In this document: positions 1-13,539 of the stretch, piece after piece
How positions within the stretch are numbered: position 1 is the first letter of the stretch
Layout of the letters: each line of letters opens with the position of its first letter
Origin: Octopus vulgaris
Lineage: Eukaryota
DNA length: 64,000 nt
Assembly (NCBI GenBank): GCA_951406725.2
Contig: OX597820.1
Coordinates: forward strand, 68,820,001-68,884,000
Reading direction: 5' to 3'
Notes under the pieces: model-generated
The model's input: the letters and a program-made list of their open reading frames with translations, nothing else
What the model was told of the DNA's origin: nothing
The model's database searches: none
Program-made: the position numbers and the translations under genes

Positions 1-505
1 AACAATCTCATTCATTGTGTACCTATCTCCACGATAGTTCAAAGGCTTGAGCCACAATACAGCTAATCGACTTTGGCTGCTGGAGATGAAACTAGCACGA
101 CTCCGTTGGAAGGTAGATCAAGAGGCCAAATCTACGCGCCCTTCTCCTACATTGGTCAGTTGAAACCTAGATTGTATCACGTGAGAGTTTGCTGGCGCTG
201 GTCGCTGTGTCCAACCGGCTAGTATCTAAGGGGTAATTTGTCAGGGTGGGTTGGCCATTCGTCCGCTGACATTCGTTGACGCTGCATCGAAAAAACCAAA
301 GAACGAAAATCCAAAGAAAAAAGAAAAGCTCTCACTCAACTCCATAGTTGAAGACAGATCTGAAAGAGGGAGGGGTCACGTCGAAAACATTAGGGTAGTA
401 GGGGCCCATACCGGACGTGGTTCCTCCTGATGATGTCCTTAGCCACTGGATCCTATAAAGGAGCTGCTGAGGTAGCGAACCACGAAACGTGGTTGGAATT
501 TCTCT

Positions 506-552
<47 letters not shown>

Positions 553-616
553 TGTGTGTATGTTTTAAGTATATATAAATAGATCACATACATACATACA
601 TGTATACATACATACC

Positions 617-683
<67 letters not shown>

Positions 684-1266
684 GAGAAAGATATATATAT
701 AGAGAGAAAGCGATAGACAGACAGATAGATAGTTAGATGTATTTAGATACACACAAATTTTCTGCTGTTCCTTCCACATATAATGTTATCACTTAAAAAA
801 ATATTTTGTTTTTGTATAAAAAAAAAAGAAAAACTCGAAAAAAATCTCTAATATTAATGTTCTATAAATCATCTACTCCAGATTCTTTTTATTGATTGTT
901 TGTTTGTTTGTGCTATAACCCATTATAAATGTATCCTTTTGTTTTTGTTTTCATCAAGGACTTATTATGTAGAATATCAATTAACGTTATATAAACCAAC
1001 ATTACTTATTGATGTTTTACGATGTTAATAAACCAAACTAATAAATGGGGTAAAATCATGACAAAATGGTTTCTTTCAGCTAGTATCATTGTTCGGTTAC
1101 CAGTACAAGATTGCCATCAAAATGATACACTGTTCTTCTCGAACGAATCCTACGGTTATCTTCTCCATGTTTAGCTAATACCCAATTAGGCTTTTACACA
1201 CATACAAATAACCCATTCACACATATACACGTACGCAGACACACCTAAATATATATGATTATATGA

Positions 1267-1394
<128 letters not shown>

Positions 1395-1494
1395 GTACAC
1401 ATCACAGGCTTAAACACATACAGGAACACACGCACTGACTGACAATTGCTAACCAAAGAAAGAATTGCATGCAATCTGTTTCTTTCTCTTGCAT

Positions 1495-1504
1495 CATAAC
1501 CATT

Positions 1505-1544
<40 letters not shown>

Positions 1545-1850
1545 CCATCAGCATCATCATCACTATCATCGACATCCTCATCATCTTCGTCATCATCGTC
1601 GTCGTCGTCGTCGCCGTCGTCATAAACATCGTTGTCATCGTCATCGCCCTCGTCATCATCTTCATTGTCATCGTCATCTTTATCATAGGTGTAGTTTTCT
1701 ACTTCTTCTTCTTCTTCTTCTTCGTCGTCGTCGTCTTCTACTTCTTCTTCTTTTTCTTCTTTTTCTTCTTCTTCTTCTTCTTCTTCTTCTTCTTCTTCTT
1801 CTTCTTCTTCTTCTTCTTCTTCTTCTTCTTCTTCTTCTTCTTCTTCTTCG
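1495..1850. repeat. compound trinucleotide microsatellite (CAT)n-(CGT)n-(CTT)n
   Basis: Directly visible; explains the poly-E/D, poly-H/R and poly-I/F ORFs at 1391-1938. Confidence 0.97.
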
Positions 1851-2290
1851 TTATCATATTGAATTTCCATTTCTTATAAAAATCCAAACTCAATCACTAA
1901 TATGCTGTTGGATTCTTCTACCTTCGAGGTATCGTTGATGTTTTCTTCTTTTTCATTTAAGAAGAGTAACGGGAAGCAGTACAGACAATACCGTTCTGAG
2001 ATAATGCATTGGCTTTGTACGTGGAGAGAATCCCTCACCAAAGTAAGAGAAGTTTACTTACTATTCCGTGGCACGCTGGGCGCCAGGGGCGGAGACTTCA
2101 TGTTAATGAAGGCCTTTGTTCTACGTGGTAATTCACTGTTTGTAGCGCACAATGGATGTGCTTGCCATATTGAGGTATGAGCCCCCACCAACAATGGCGG
2201 CAAGGGAATCACACACACACACACAGAAAAAAGCAGCAAAAAGAATCGAAACAAAATCACAATGAAACACATACCGACTAATACAAACAG

Positions 2291-2326
<36 letters not shown>

Positions 2327-2398
2327 TCAGATAAACACATTTACATATACATACATACAGATATATATATATATACGTATAATTATATATATATATGT

Positions 2399-2440
<42 letters not shown>

Positions 2441-2892
2441 GAGAGAGAGAGAGACAAAGCTGCGTCCAAATATAAACATAAATACAAGCGTGTACGCGTC
2501 AAACTAACTTCATCACAAAATAATACTATATACATAATATGTTATGATGTGGACCCAGCAGCTCCAAAGTATACACGTTAATAATAAGGAAATATTTAGG
2601 AATTGCCAGGGCAAAAACATAATGAGAAATACAGAGGAAAATCAGTAAATTAAGATTCAGCGAAAATATTCATGAAGTTTATTACAAATGTTGAATATGT
2701 TTAAGTTATAAGTTACTTCAATGGCATGTGTTCCATAGAGATAGACAAACGTGCGCACATATGCTTTCATTGGCATGACAAAAAAAATACATAATGTATG
2801 TAACTGAAAAGCAATATGAATATTAATCTATCTACCTATCTGTCCTTCTATATACATATATGCAAAATATAGAAACACCCTTACACACACAT

Positions 2893-2942
<50 letters not shown>

Positions 2943-3016
2943 ATTTATCTATCTAACTCTCTATCAATCAATCAGTCTGGAAATCTCCTCTTTCTCTGTG
3001 TATGTATATGTACCTA

Positions 3017-3083
<67 letters not shown>

Positions 3084-3100
3084 ATATATATATATATATC

Positions 3101-3147
<47 letters not shown>

Positions 3148-3154
3148 ATCCAAA

Positions 3155-3347
3155 CATGAACAAAGAGAAAACACAACAACGCGAGGACGTGGAACAAGAA
3201 TAGTGTTATTCGACTCTCAGGAAAGGAAGGAAAGAAGAAGGATTTAACGTTTGGAGCGGAGATCTTCGTCAGAAACATAGAAAAAAGAAAAGGTCCAAGG
3301 AAGGGAAGACGAATAAAGAAAATCGCCAACGATACACACGCGGTCAC
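3155..3347 (-). mobile_element. ~190-bp short interspersed element with hammerhead-like motif (family H1, copy 1); Penelope-pLTR-like
   Basis: Reverse complement aligns by eye with 29093-29256 (ccgcgtgtgtatcgttggcgattttcttt...ttccacgtcctcgc.ttgttgt). Minus strand contains GTTT-CTGACGA-AGATCTCCGCTC-CAAA-CG-TT-AAAT at 3242-3276. Flanked by (TA)n and (TG)n. Penelope link is inferred. Confidence 0.65.
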
Positions 3348-4496
3348 GTGTGTGTGTGTGTGTGTATAAAAATGATAAATCTCCTACTGGAGTATTTAAA
3401 CTCATAGGACCGGTTTCCAGTTTTTTTTGTGGCATATATATTCCGCTTGAACTGGATCCAGTCTGTTGCAGAAATGCTCGTTGTCGTCTGCTAAGTTGAC
3501 TGGAGCCTTATGAAATGAAATTAATTAATTATTAACATAAGGCTTTGCCTGGTCGAGGAATCGAAACCACAAACTTATGTTCATAAGTCCAATACCCTAA
3601 TCACTAATCCACGAATAAAAAACAATAACTATAATAAGTAATACATATATTACTCATTATAACATACACAAGTTTTGTCTTGCAAGTTTTCGAATTAATA
3701 GTGTGAAAACTCATTACATGAAATTTCATTAACCACTATAGACGTAATGAATTAACATTATCGTTATAAATAGAAAACAAACTAAATATATTCAAGTATG
3801 TACTATATTGGTATCAATTATTGTGTATTAGTTTGTTTTTTATATTTTTATTTTGTCCGGCTGCTACTTCTAATGATCACTCCTGCTTCCTCCAACACCC
3901 AGCAACAAACAACAGATGTAAACGAAATTCCAGCGCTTTTGACCTTTCACATTAGATATGAAATACTGAATCGACTTTTGGTTATTTCAGTTTAGTTTCC
4001 AATTTTTATTTTGTTTTGAATGATGAATCTTTTTAAGAAATTGAAACCGGTAGCATAAATTCATTAAAATGTGTATACTTTCATTTTACATGCATGAAAC
4101 CTCTTTATCTCTTCAATATATTTATATATATATATATATAAAATGTGGTGGTTTAGTTCACAGCTGATCTAAACGACTAGGTACGCTAGGTAAGGGTAAG
4201 TGCTGTAACGGATTACTAGGTCTCCAAGGTTATAGCCGAGACGGCAGTTATAGAGCCATTACAGATTTCCGATATCGCAGATATATAATTGTTAAAGAGG
4301 ACATCAAATGTTAAGGCATGGCAAATATCTCAAGTCGTATACGTTATTACTGGAAATATATATATATACTGAAAAGCTCTGGTTATGCAAACGGAAAATA
4401 CTCCTCAATTTCTAACTAGTTTGATAACTGGTAACGTACGAAACTCTAGGCCATCGAGTCACTTTGTTGTTTTTGATAAATATTAGTAAATATACA

Positions 4497-4531
<35 letters not shown>

Positions 4532-4637
4532 TTGTGTGTGTCTGTGAGTGTTAGAAACAGTCTCTTGTTCAAAATATAGCAAGCAGAATGATCGTAATGA
4601 ATTAAGATTATCGTTGTAAGTAGAAGACAAATAATAT

Positions 4638-4870
4638 CTATTTCTTTACTACCCACAAGGGGCTAAACACAGAGAGGACAAACAAGGACAGACAAACGGA
4701 TTGAGTCGATTACATCGACCCCAGTGCGTAACTGGTACTTAATTTATTGACCCCGGAAGGATGAAAGGCAAAGTCGACCTCGGCGGAATTTGAACTCAGA
4801 ACATAACGGCAGACGAAATACCACAAAGCCTTTGGCCCGGCGTGCTAACGTTTCTGCCAGCTCGCCGCCT
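4638..4870 (-). mobile_element. tRNA-derived SINE, family A, near full length
   Basis: Reverse complement of the 52925-53156 copy; head with A-box-like TGGCAGAAACGTTAG and B-box-like GAGTTCAAATTCC, tail ending gtaaagaaatag. Confidence 0.9.
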
Positions 4871-5256
4871 TCAGGTGTTATAATTCGTATATCAACACAC
4901 AAAACATAAGACTGAAATAAAGTGAGATAAAATGTATTTTAGAAACACAGGAATGGATCTTAAATTCAGCTGTTCAATGCAGTCTTATCGGTCGCGGCAG
5001 ATCATACTTGATTTAGTTACACTCTCTCTTTTGCTTGGTATTATACATATTTACACACAAGCCCATATATAGATATAATGTTTTTATGTTCGTCGAGATA
5101 GTCTCTACTGACCCCAAATCTTCTGTGAATTTACAGTGTCATGGAGCAAGTGTAACGTGACTGGTGACCCTGTGGATGGACTGGTGGAACTCCAGAGTAA
5201 CAAGAGGTTCTAGACACAAATAAAGTTATTAATCTCTTTTGACAGTCAGCACAAAG

Positions 5257-5302
<46 letters not shown>

Positions 5303-5756
5303 CATATGTACTTGAATACACATCACGTAGACATAGAAATCGCAGACACATAATATGCACATGCTTGCAAAAATTACGTACGTTTAATTTATAAATGCAC
5401 ACATACATATATATTTTTATAACTCAACAAAGTTAAAGTTTACTTATATAACTCCTATTGGTGCCAACAATATTTACAATAATGTTAAATGTGTATGCAC
5501 ATAAGAATAAAAATAAGTTCTACAGATGAGAATTTCAACATCATCCTTGGAGGTATTTGAAATCATGGTGCTAATTTTCATATGGAATCCACTCGAATCT
5601 TTTCTAATGGACTGGCTGTACCAATTAGCCTGCAATGTTTAAAGTGCATGTGACTGTTGTGGCTCTCACTTGTTCTTTTTTCTTTCATTATGTCTTCCTC
5701 TTCTCTTCTCTCTCCCTCTCTCTTTCTCTCTCTCTGTATTTATATATATCGAATAA

Positions 5757-5792
<36 letters not shown>

Positions 5793-7342
5793 AATATTGA
5801 GGATGTAATTTCCTCGTAAGGGATTTTAAATACAAATCTGGATATTGATTGGTGTTATCAGATATATTGAAAGAAAGTTCCGCAATATATATGGATAAAC
5901 TGTCCAATAATGTGTACAGTTCCGAAAAGAAAATGAAGATATATAGTAGATACTCACGCGTCGTTTTACGACGAATCAACGAAAGAAATAAATATAAAAG
6001 AATCCTACATATGTTTCAATTGGGCCATTAGGTTTCGCCCATCAGCATTCAAGCGATGTTAGTAGTAAATTAACCCCACGTTATGTGCGGATCGCATCAG
6101 GGAGTGATGTTTACTTTCAGGTGGTGAATATCGAAATAACTAAGATGAGGTCTGGGTTTTCAAATATTCAAACGTAAACACACATACATGAATGTGTATG
6201 TATATATGTGATATTATATGTGTGTATGAGTATATGTATACTGTACATGTACACACACATGTATGCATAAACATATGTGTATTTATGTCTAACTACTATA
6301 TGTGTACATATCTGTATATGTATATTTACAGTTATTTGTGTCTGCATGCATGTATGTACATTTGTATTATGTTTGCTTAAGAATTTATCTAACAAAAAGT
6401 GTTTTTTCTTTTGGTTCTTCCCCTTTCCAGCTTGTGCAAATGGTCTCGTATACAACCTCGGTTTGACCTACATACTGTCTATGAAGTAGAAAATATTTTA
6501 TTGTAATTAAGATACTTCGACGTAGTTATCATCTTCAATATTTCATATTAAAAATTTGTTTTAATATACCAAATCCAGTATCATTATTGCTCCAGCGATA
6601 TAACCTCTGCTCTATCTAGTTGATCATGCTGATTTAAAAAGCTTCCTCATCTTCTTTAAATAATATTATTATGTTTTGAAAATTGTTATACATATTGTAC
6701 AATATATAATAAACATAGAGTACCCTCAAGAAATGTCGCCATGTTCATAGCTAAAGACAATTTTATCACAGAGCTGATAGGTGATAAAACACGAACAAGT
6801 ATTAGTATCATATCCTAAAACATTGTCTCATATGTTGTATTGTGATTTGAAATTGCCGGAAAACGTCATTTGTCTTAAAATTTTATCATTCAGAAGAGTT
6901 TTGCAAACATTTCACAAATCATTGTTTATTACGTGGAATACAAGCTAAAAAGCTTACAACTAGATATGTCTGTGTTGATGTATTTCCTATCCAATCAGAA
7001 AGACTTGACATAATCTATTTCCGTTTCTTGAAATGAAATAACAAGAGTGTCAGTTTGGTTCCTCTAGGTTGTTGTACTGGATAAAGACTCGTTACTTAAC
7101 TTAACCTAAGAAAATAATGGTTGCTATATATCATCCTACATTTTTATTATTATATTTTTATTATTATATTTTCTTATGAAATTTCCATAGTTACCCAGAA
7201 ATAAAATAAATGGAAAGATGAAATTCACGTTTAGAATGAAGGATTCCAGGCCCCTAACCGACATCAGTCACGTGTTGCATCAGTTACGTCGAATCGTCTT
7301 GAAGACATAGACCAGAGCAAACGATACATATCTACACACACT

Positions 7343-7373
<31 letters not shown>

Positions 7374-7869
7374 GCGCACAGACACACTCAAACACACAAG
7401 CGCGCGCGCAGAGCCAAGCTGTAACCGAAACTGGTCTGAACGGGGAAAAAAATTACTGCTTTTCGTAAATATTTGAAACCTCAATAATCATGTTATAATC
7501 CTTTAAGCGTATATGCTAATTATTTCTTTTTCAGACGCTTCATGAGAAATAAGAAAAAATGATAAATGGTGTATCCTTGAAATGACTCCGTAGTTCGAAT
7601 ATCTGCAACAGAATACATTCCACAAGAGGCATACAACAAAGATGCTAGAGTTAAACTGAGTGATGTTTAAAGTCTGCCCTCAATTGAAAACTCCCTTAAG
7701 TGCCGTACAGTTTTATGATATATGTGTGCAGCCGGCTGCATTTGATCGAGTCGATAATTTTGAACAACCATCTAAATATATTCGAGCAAATAGCTCGTTC
7801 TGCAGTATTATGTTGTGTCTTCAAATTATTCAGTCCACTTACAAATATTTTTAAAATTTTATAACGAAA

Positions 7870-7996
7870 TTAGCGGTTCGGTAAAAGAGACCGATAGAAT
7901 AAGTACTGGGCTTACAAAAGAATAAGTCCCGGGGTCGATTTGCTCGACTAAAGGCGGTGCTCCAGCATGGCCGCAGTCAAATGACTGAAACAAGTA
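7870..7996 (+). mobile_element. SINE family B, 3' fragment
   Basis: ttagcggttcggtaaaagagaccgatagaataagtac...gcagtcaaatgactgaaacaagta matches the 3' half of the 27756-28163 copy. Confidence 0.88.
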
Positions 7997-8135
7997 CGAA
8001 AAAAAAAAGAAAAAAAAATGCTAGCTAATGTTTATTACCACATGCAAAACATCCCACTGTTTCAGATTGCAGTGCGGAGTTTCTCTGGGTGTACTAATGA
8101 AAAAACAGTCTACTATTTTTAAAGTTATATTTTCA

Positions 8136-8490
8136 GTGGCTGTGTGGTAAGAAGCTTGCTTCCCAACCATATGGTTTCGGGTTCAGTTAAGGTGTATTCC
8201 TTTAGGAACGTAGCAGAATACAAAATACAGCTCGTTCGGTCCAGAATTACTAAATAGCCGGTAGTATTACGTTATACTTTCAAGTCTAGGTTTAGTCATT
8301 CATCAGGGACAGCAATAGTATATCACCTGAGGAGATAAAACTGGATTCCATTATACAGGTAAACCGTTGCTTCATTTAAATCTTGTGTATATGTAGATTT
8401 GTGGGGTCGATTTGTTCGACTAAAGGTGATGTTCCAGTATAGCCGCAGTCAAACGACTGAAACAAGTAAAAGAATAAAATAATAAAAGAA
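8136..8490 (+). mobile_element. SINE family B head (8136-8188) and tail (8403-8490) separated by ~210 bp of unrelated sequence
   Basis: Head gtggctgtgtggtaagaagcttgcttcccaacc...gggttcagt; tail ggggtcgatttgttcgactaaagg...gactgaaacaagtaaaagaata. Confidence 0.7.
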
Positions 8491-9166
8491 ATTATTTCTT
8501 GACCAATTCACAAATGCAATATCGAATAGTTTACGCATACCAACATTTCAGAATTCAGTGCAAAGGTTCTCTGCGTGTTATTGTGGAAAAAAATAATTCT
8601 CTTACTCTGAAACTTCAACTTTCACATATGTATGTTATGCTTCTATATTTATATGTTATCCCATCGTAATTATTATTTATGCAAACATGCCACATGTTGG
8701 TGAACGACAATCAAAGCTACTGTTTATAATATAAAAGCATGTTTGAGTGTCACCTAAGAAAGTGAATATAAGTGTGTCTGCGGGAGTATGTATATGTAAT
8801 AAGTTTGTACTAAAGATATTAAATTTTAAAAAAAATATTAAATACTACACATTTATAAATGGTAATTTTTAACAGGATGCTATTCCAAAGAAAGCGCTGA
8901 AGATAAAGTAAACAGATAAATATTTCGTATGATACATATCTACCTGGTTCTTGCCATCAAAACCTAAAATTTTCACATAATTCTTCTTCATTTGCTTTTA
9001 ATATCATATAAATTGAATAAATTACAAAGCATGGTTGAGATTATAATACAGAAAGTGTTAAAATATACAGTGCAATAAGAAAATATATACATGAACCCAG
9101 TTATTACTCACACACACACAGACACTTACAGACATATCGGGACACAAACATACAGAGAAATAAAGC

Positions 9167-9197
<31 letters not shown>

Positions 9198-9378
9198 GAA
9201 GAGTGAGAGAGGGGTAATACTTTACTTATGGAAGGTTATGGTGCCAATAAGGTATGTATGCATATATGTATATACACACAAATAATTATATCTATCTGTT
9301 TCTCTCTCTCTCTTTCTCTCTCACACGCACACACTATATATATGTATGTACGTATATATATATATATATGTATGTATG

Positions 9379-9445
<67 letters not shown>

Positions 9446-9504
9446 CAAGATGAGAAAATGGAGAAATACATCTAAATCAAATATCAATTACCAGATAATA
9501 CTCA

Positions 9505-9558
<54 letters not shown>

Positions 9559-10552
9559 ACACATATCTATGATATATATGTGTTATACAGATATGAATAT
9601 GTGTATGTGTGTACGTGTGCATTATATACACATACAATTTCCGTGTACAAGATATAACGAAAGTATAACAGATAGCAATATAGCCATAGAACGAAAATAG
9701 TGAAATAGCGGGCGGAAAAAATCATGCGTAAAACAAAGCAAAATGTCAGAATTTGAATTTTTATAGAACAGTGCACTTTGTGACCTAGAAATTATAATTT
9801 GTCGTGATGAGATAGAGAAAAGCAAACGGAAGCTGCTTGATTTTTATAGATGTTTAATGATTATTTCAGGCAATTTTATTTAATTTATTTTTATTATACA
9901 TCTCGTTGATATTCAAGTGATCCATTGTTTGTTTCAGAGTTTTGCGAAAGGTAAATACATACTGTAAATATAAACACAAAGATCAAAACACATTTAGAAG
10001 TGGCTCAAGTGTGTTCTTGCTTATAGTTTGTGAATTTTATAAAGTTATTTCAATTTTCCTTTCGTTTAAAGTGTAACTAAATTATCTATGAGTACATTTA
10101 AATGAACAAATGACTTTCATCGTTTATTTGTTTCAGGCATTGGACTGTGTCCATTCTGGGGCACCGCCTTGAAGGGTTTTAGTCGAAATAATACCTCACC
10201 TAATGCTTATTGTTTGTTAGTGTTTGGTTATTCTAACGGGTACCTGTAGTTTACGCGTTAGTATTTCGGAGTTGATAGAAAAAGTACCAGTTAACCACTG
10301 AGATCGAGATAATCAACTTTCTCCATCATATAAAATTGCTGACCTTGTGCCTAAATAACAAGAAAAGAATATTTAATATTATCGTTACCTGTAACGAAGA
10401 GTATATGCTTCATATTTATAGAAATGGAAGTATATCATGTGACGTTTGAGCTTCTTACAAAGCTATGTGGTTGTGATGGTGATGATGAATATCTATCATT
10501 CGATATAAGGATTCATTTTCGGTGAAATGAATTACCTGCTCTTGGATTAAAG

Positions 10553-10830
10553 TTAAAGTGGCTGAGCATTTCGCAGACAAGTATAATCTTAATGTGATAC
10601 TCGGGCAGGAATAGCATGACGTTGTGTGTGACAAGATTTTAACTTTTTTAATTATAAGTACAAATTGATCGACATGTTTCTATTCAGTTTCCATGAAATC
10701 AGTTTCATTTAGAAGGCATGGATATACCCGAGTATATAGACAATCATTTTGCGCAACAAGTCGCGTCGCGGGATCGAACCTAGGTCACTATGGTTGTGAA
10801 GCGAAATTTTCAACCATTTGACTATATACT
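10553..10830 (-). mobile_element. decayed SINE family C-like copy
   Basis: aagtggctgagcatttcgcagac...gtgtgacaag resembles the reverse complement of 44660-44745; tRNA-like head remnant gggatcgaacc near 10770. Confidence 0.5.
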
Positions 10831-11441
10831 TCATCATCATAAAACGCAGGTTATTACTGTATCGAATCCAACTTCTCATATGGCTGGCAACCACGGCTCG
10901 ATAGCGTATAAGTGACCGAGATCACAACACCCTCGATACTCCTCAAATTCTAAAATATTATCAGAGAAGCATCACTTTTCAAAGAAGTATAGTTTTTCAT
11001 AAACAATATTCAAAAGAGTTAACCATAAAAGTATTTGGTGCCACTTTTTGGTCCGCTCGGTTTGTTTGGTGGATAACTTGGGGGGTGTATTCTAACAAGC
11101 CACACACCACTGAAAGTCGAAAATTCGCAATCTGAAAAATTCATTTACTTGTCTTTCCTTCGAAATAATGTATTTTAAGTGATTTAGATATAGCTTGGAT
11201 GTATCACAATTCAGATGTTAAACGGAAACTATAGAAATGTGGACTATACATATGGAAAAAGGTTAATAATTGAAACGAATGACGATAAAAATGCGCTTAC
11301 GTCCGTAGTTACAAAATCACTATTTAAAATTTTAGAGAGAAAATATCACATTCAAATGCTGACTTCATGCAAGCTTCGAACTATTTCTGTACACTACATT
11401 GTCGCAAAATATGTGTAATATTGTTAAACTGGTAGAAGTGT

Positions 11442-11503
<62 letters not shown>

Positions 11504-11718
11504 AGAGTAGTAGTAGTAGTTGAGGTAGCTCTGCCACTCTATAGCGAGTTTTCCGTTTGAAGATACCTTCTCCATCTCTCGTGTCTTGGTAGGCTTGTGA
11601 AGTGCCACAGAGTTATTGGTCCCTCCAGGGTAAAAGTATTATGTACACACACATATATATATGCACACATAAATATATATATGTAGAAACACACACACAT
11701 ATATATTTATGTATGTAC

Positions 11719-11749
<31 letters not shown>

Positions 11750-11753
11750 TATA

Positions 11754-11836
11754 TACCGGAGTAAACACATAAATGTGAAACAAGGTGGAAAAAAGATTAC
11801 TCAAATACCAGTGGTAGAGTAATATGCTTTAAATAA
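11754..11836 (-). mobile_element. 3' fragment of the 33311-33462 hammerhead-bearing element (family H2), ribozyme part missing
   Basis: taccggagtaaacacataaatgtgaaacaaggtgga...gtagagtaatatgcttta is the reverse complement of 33385-33463; flanked by (TA)n on both sides. Confidence 0.75.
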
Positions 11837-11838
11837 AG

Positions 11839-11870
<32 letters not shown>

Positions 11871-12329
11871 CGTGTGTGCGTATGTATGTCTGTATAACGG
11901 TTGTAAAACTTCACGTACATAGTATTACTTAACCCATGGCATTGTTAGCGGTGTAGAGGAATCGAACCCGTTACTATTTCATCCTTCTTAAACAGATAAC
12001 TTCGGCTGCGTCTGTCACAAGCCTTGATATACTTATTAACAGTAACAATAGGACTGCTTCTTTTTTTTATTCTTCATACGTACCAGTTCATTTCCTTCAT
12101 GTCACAAATGCATTAGGCAATGTCTTCGGTATCAAGCAGTCTTATATTTAGTCCATAAGTACGAAGAAATATATCTATGTCAAAAATCAATAATATTCTA
12201 AGTAGATGTAGATTTATGTGTTGTTCTATATTGATAAATCTTCTGTTATGATGGTGATATGTCACATTAAACTTCCTGTATATCTTGTACGTAGCTTTTA
12301 GGTCATTGCTAGTTAATGGAATTGCATGC

Positions 12330-12560
12330 GGTTCACGATATTTTTAAAGATATTGTATTGTGGGGAACAAAGTTTGTTTTCCCTGAGGTAAACCCATCTG
12401 GCGTCGTTTTCTGATTGTTTCAGGATATTATTAATCTAACATTTGAGTTATCAGCAGAATATTTCTACCCAGGAGGTTATAGCTATTCAACTTAGACCAG
12501 GTGTATTCGGATTGCTTCTGGAGACCACAATAATTATTCCAGTTTTCATGCGCTTGCTCT
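12330..12560 (-). pseudogene. highly decayed R4/Dong-like LINE fragment (region just N-terminal to the RT core)
   Basis: Minus strand acgccagatgggtttacctcagggaaaacaaactttgttcccc resembles the P-D-W-x-T-x-G-K-T-x-L-x-P-K motif after allowing frameshifts; no intact ORF. Confidence 0.4.
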
Positions 12561-13235
12561 AAAACCTATTTTCTTCCTTATATTGTTTTATTATATTTTG
12601 AGATCCGCCATGTTGTTTCTCCGCCCCAACATATTTCTTTCCCCAAGCCTCTTTATTTCTTCTTTCAACAGCAGTTTCCTGTATTTTGCTTATTTCTTTA
12701 TTTAGCTTCCGATAAAGATCTTTCGATTTGTTTCAAGCAGATTTTTTTAATTCGAAAAACAAAATTCGTTGTCTTAAACTACTACTTCATCCCTTTGGGG
12801 CTCCAGCTTAGAATTTCTGCCTTGCTCGTTTCTTTAAAGCATTTTGTGTGCAGGTTATTTTTATTTTCATTTTGTCTTTTTGCTGATATTTTTTTTCCAA
12901 CTGACTTCTTTCCCTATTTCGGGTCTCTTCATATTTAATTGGCATAATCCTGACAGATCAGCTTCCTCTCTTATTTTTCCTCTGCCTTTTCTTTTACTTT
13001 TTTAAAACATTACCTCTAAGGTGACGGTATGCTGTTCTGTAGTTCATAAGAATGGTCTCCGAGTAGTTATTACCTCTGTGCAAACAATTTCTGTTGCACA
13101 CTAAGAGCCTTCGACGCGACCGAATCCTTTTGGTACGTTTTCTTTTATTCGTACAATTCTCTAAGGCTATGTATTCTCACAGCTACATATTTATTTTTCT
13201 ACCACTTTCTAATCGGTTCCGAATATAATATTGCT

Positions 13236-13315
13236 TTCATCATCATGGTCATCATCATCATCATCATCATCACAATCCTCGTCCTCCCTCCCATCCCTCC
13301 TCCTCCTCCTCCTCT

Positions 13316-13362
<47 letters not shown>

Positions 13363-13463
13363 TTCTTCTTCGTCGTCGTCGTCGTCGTCATCATCATTAT
13401 CATCGCTATTACCACCATCATCACCACCACCAGCAGCATCACCAGCACCAGTACCACCACCAG

Positions 13464-13495
<32 letters not shown>

Positions 13496-13507
13496 CCATC
13501 ACCATCA
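13236..13507. repeat. compound trinucleotide microsatellite (CAT/CCT/CTT/CGT/CAC)n
   Basis: Directly visible; explains ORFs at 13209-13530. Confidence 0.97.
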
Positions 13508-13539
13508 TGTTCTCAGCAATTAAATTCTAGTTTATTTTT

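Noticed and set aside
6020-6105. Minus-strand CTGATGC...GAAACC-TAAT-GG motif
   Set aside because: Core and cleavage triplet both altered and no stem I.
9938-9950. 13-nt micro-exon candidate (gtttcag/AGTTTTGCGAAAG/gtaaat)
   Set aside because: Such motif pairs arise by chance in 64 kb; no supporting gene model.
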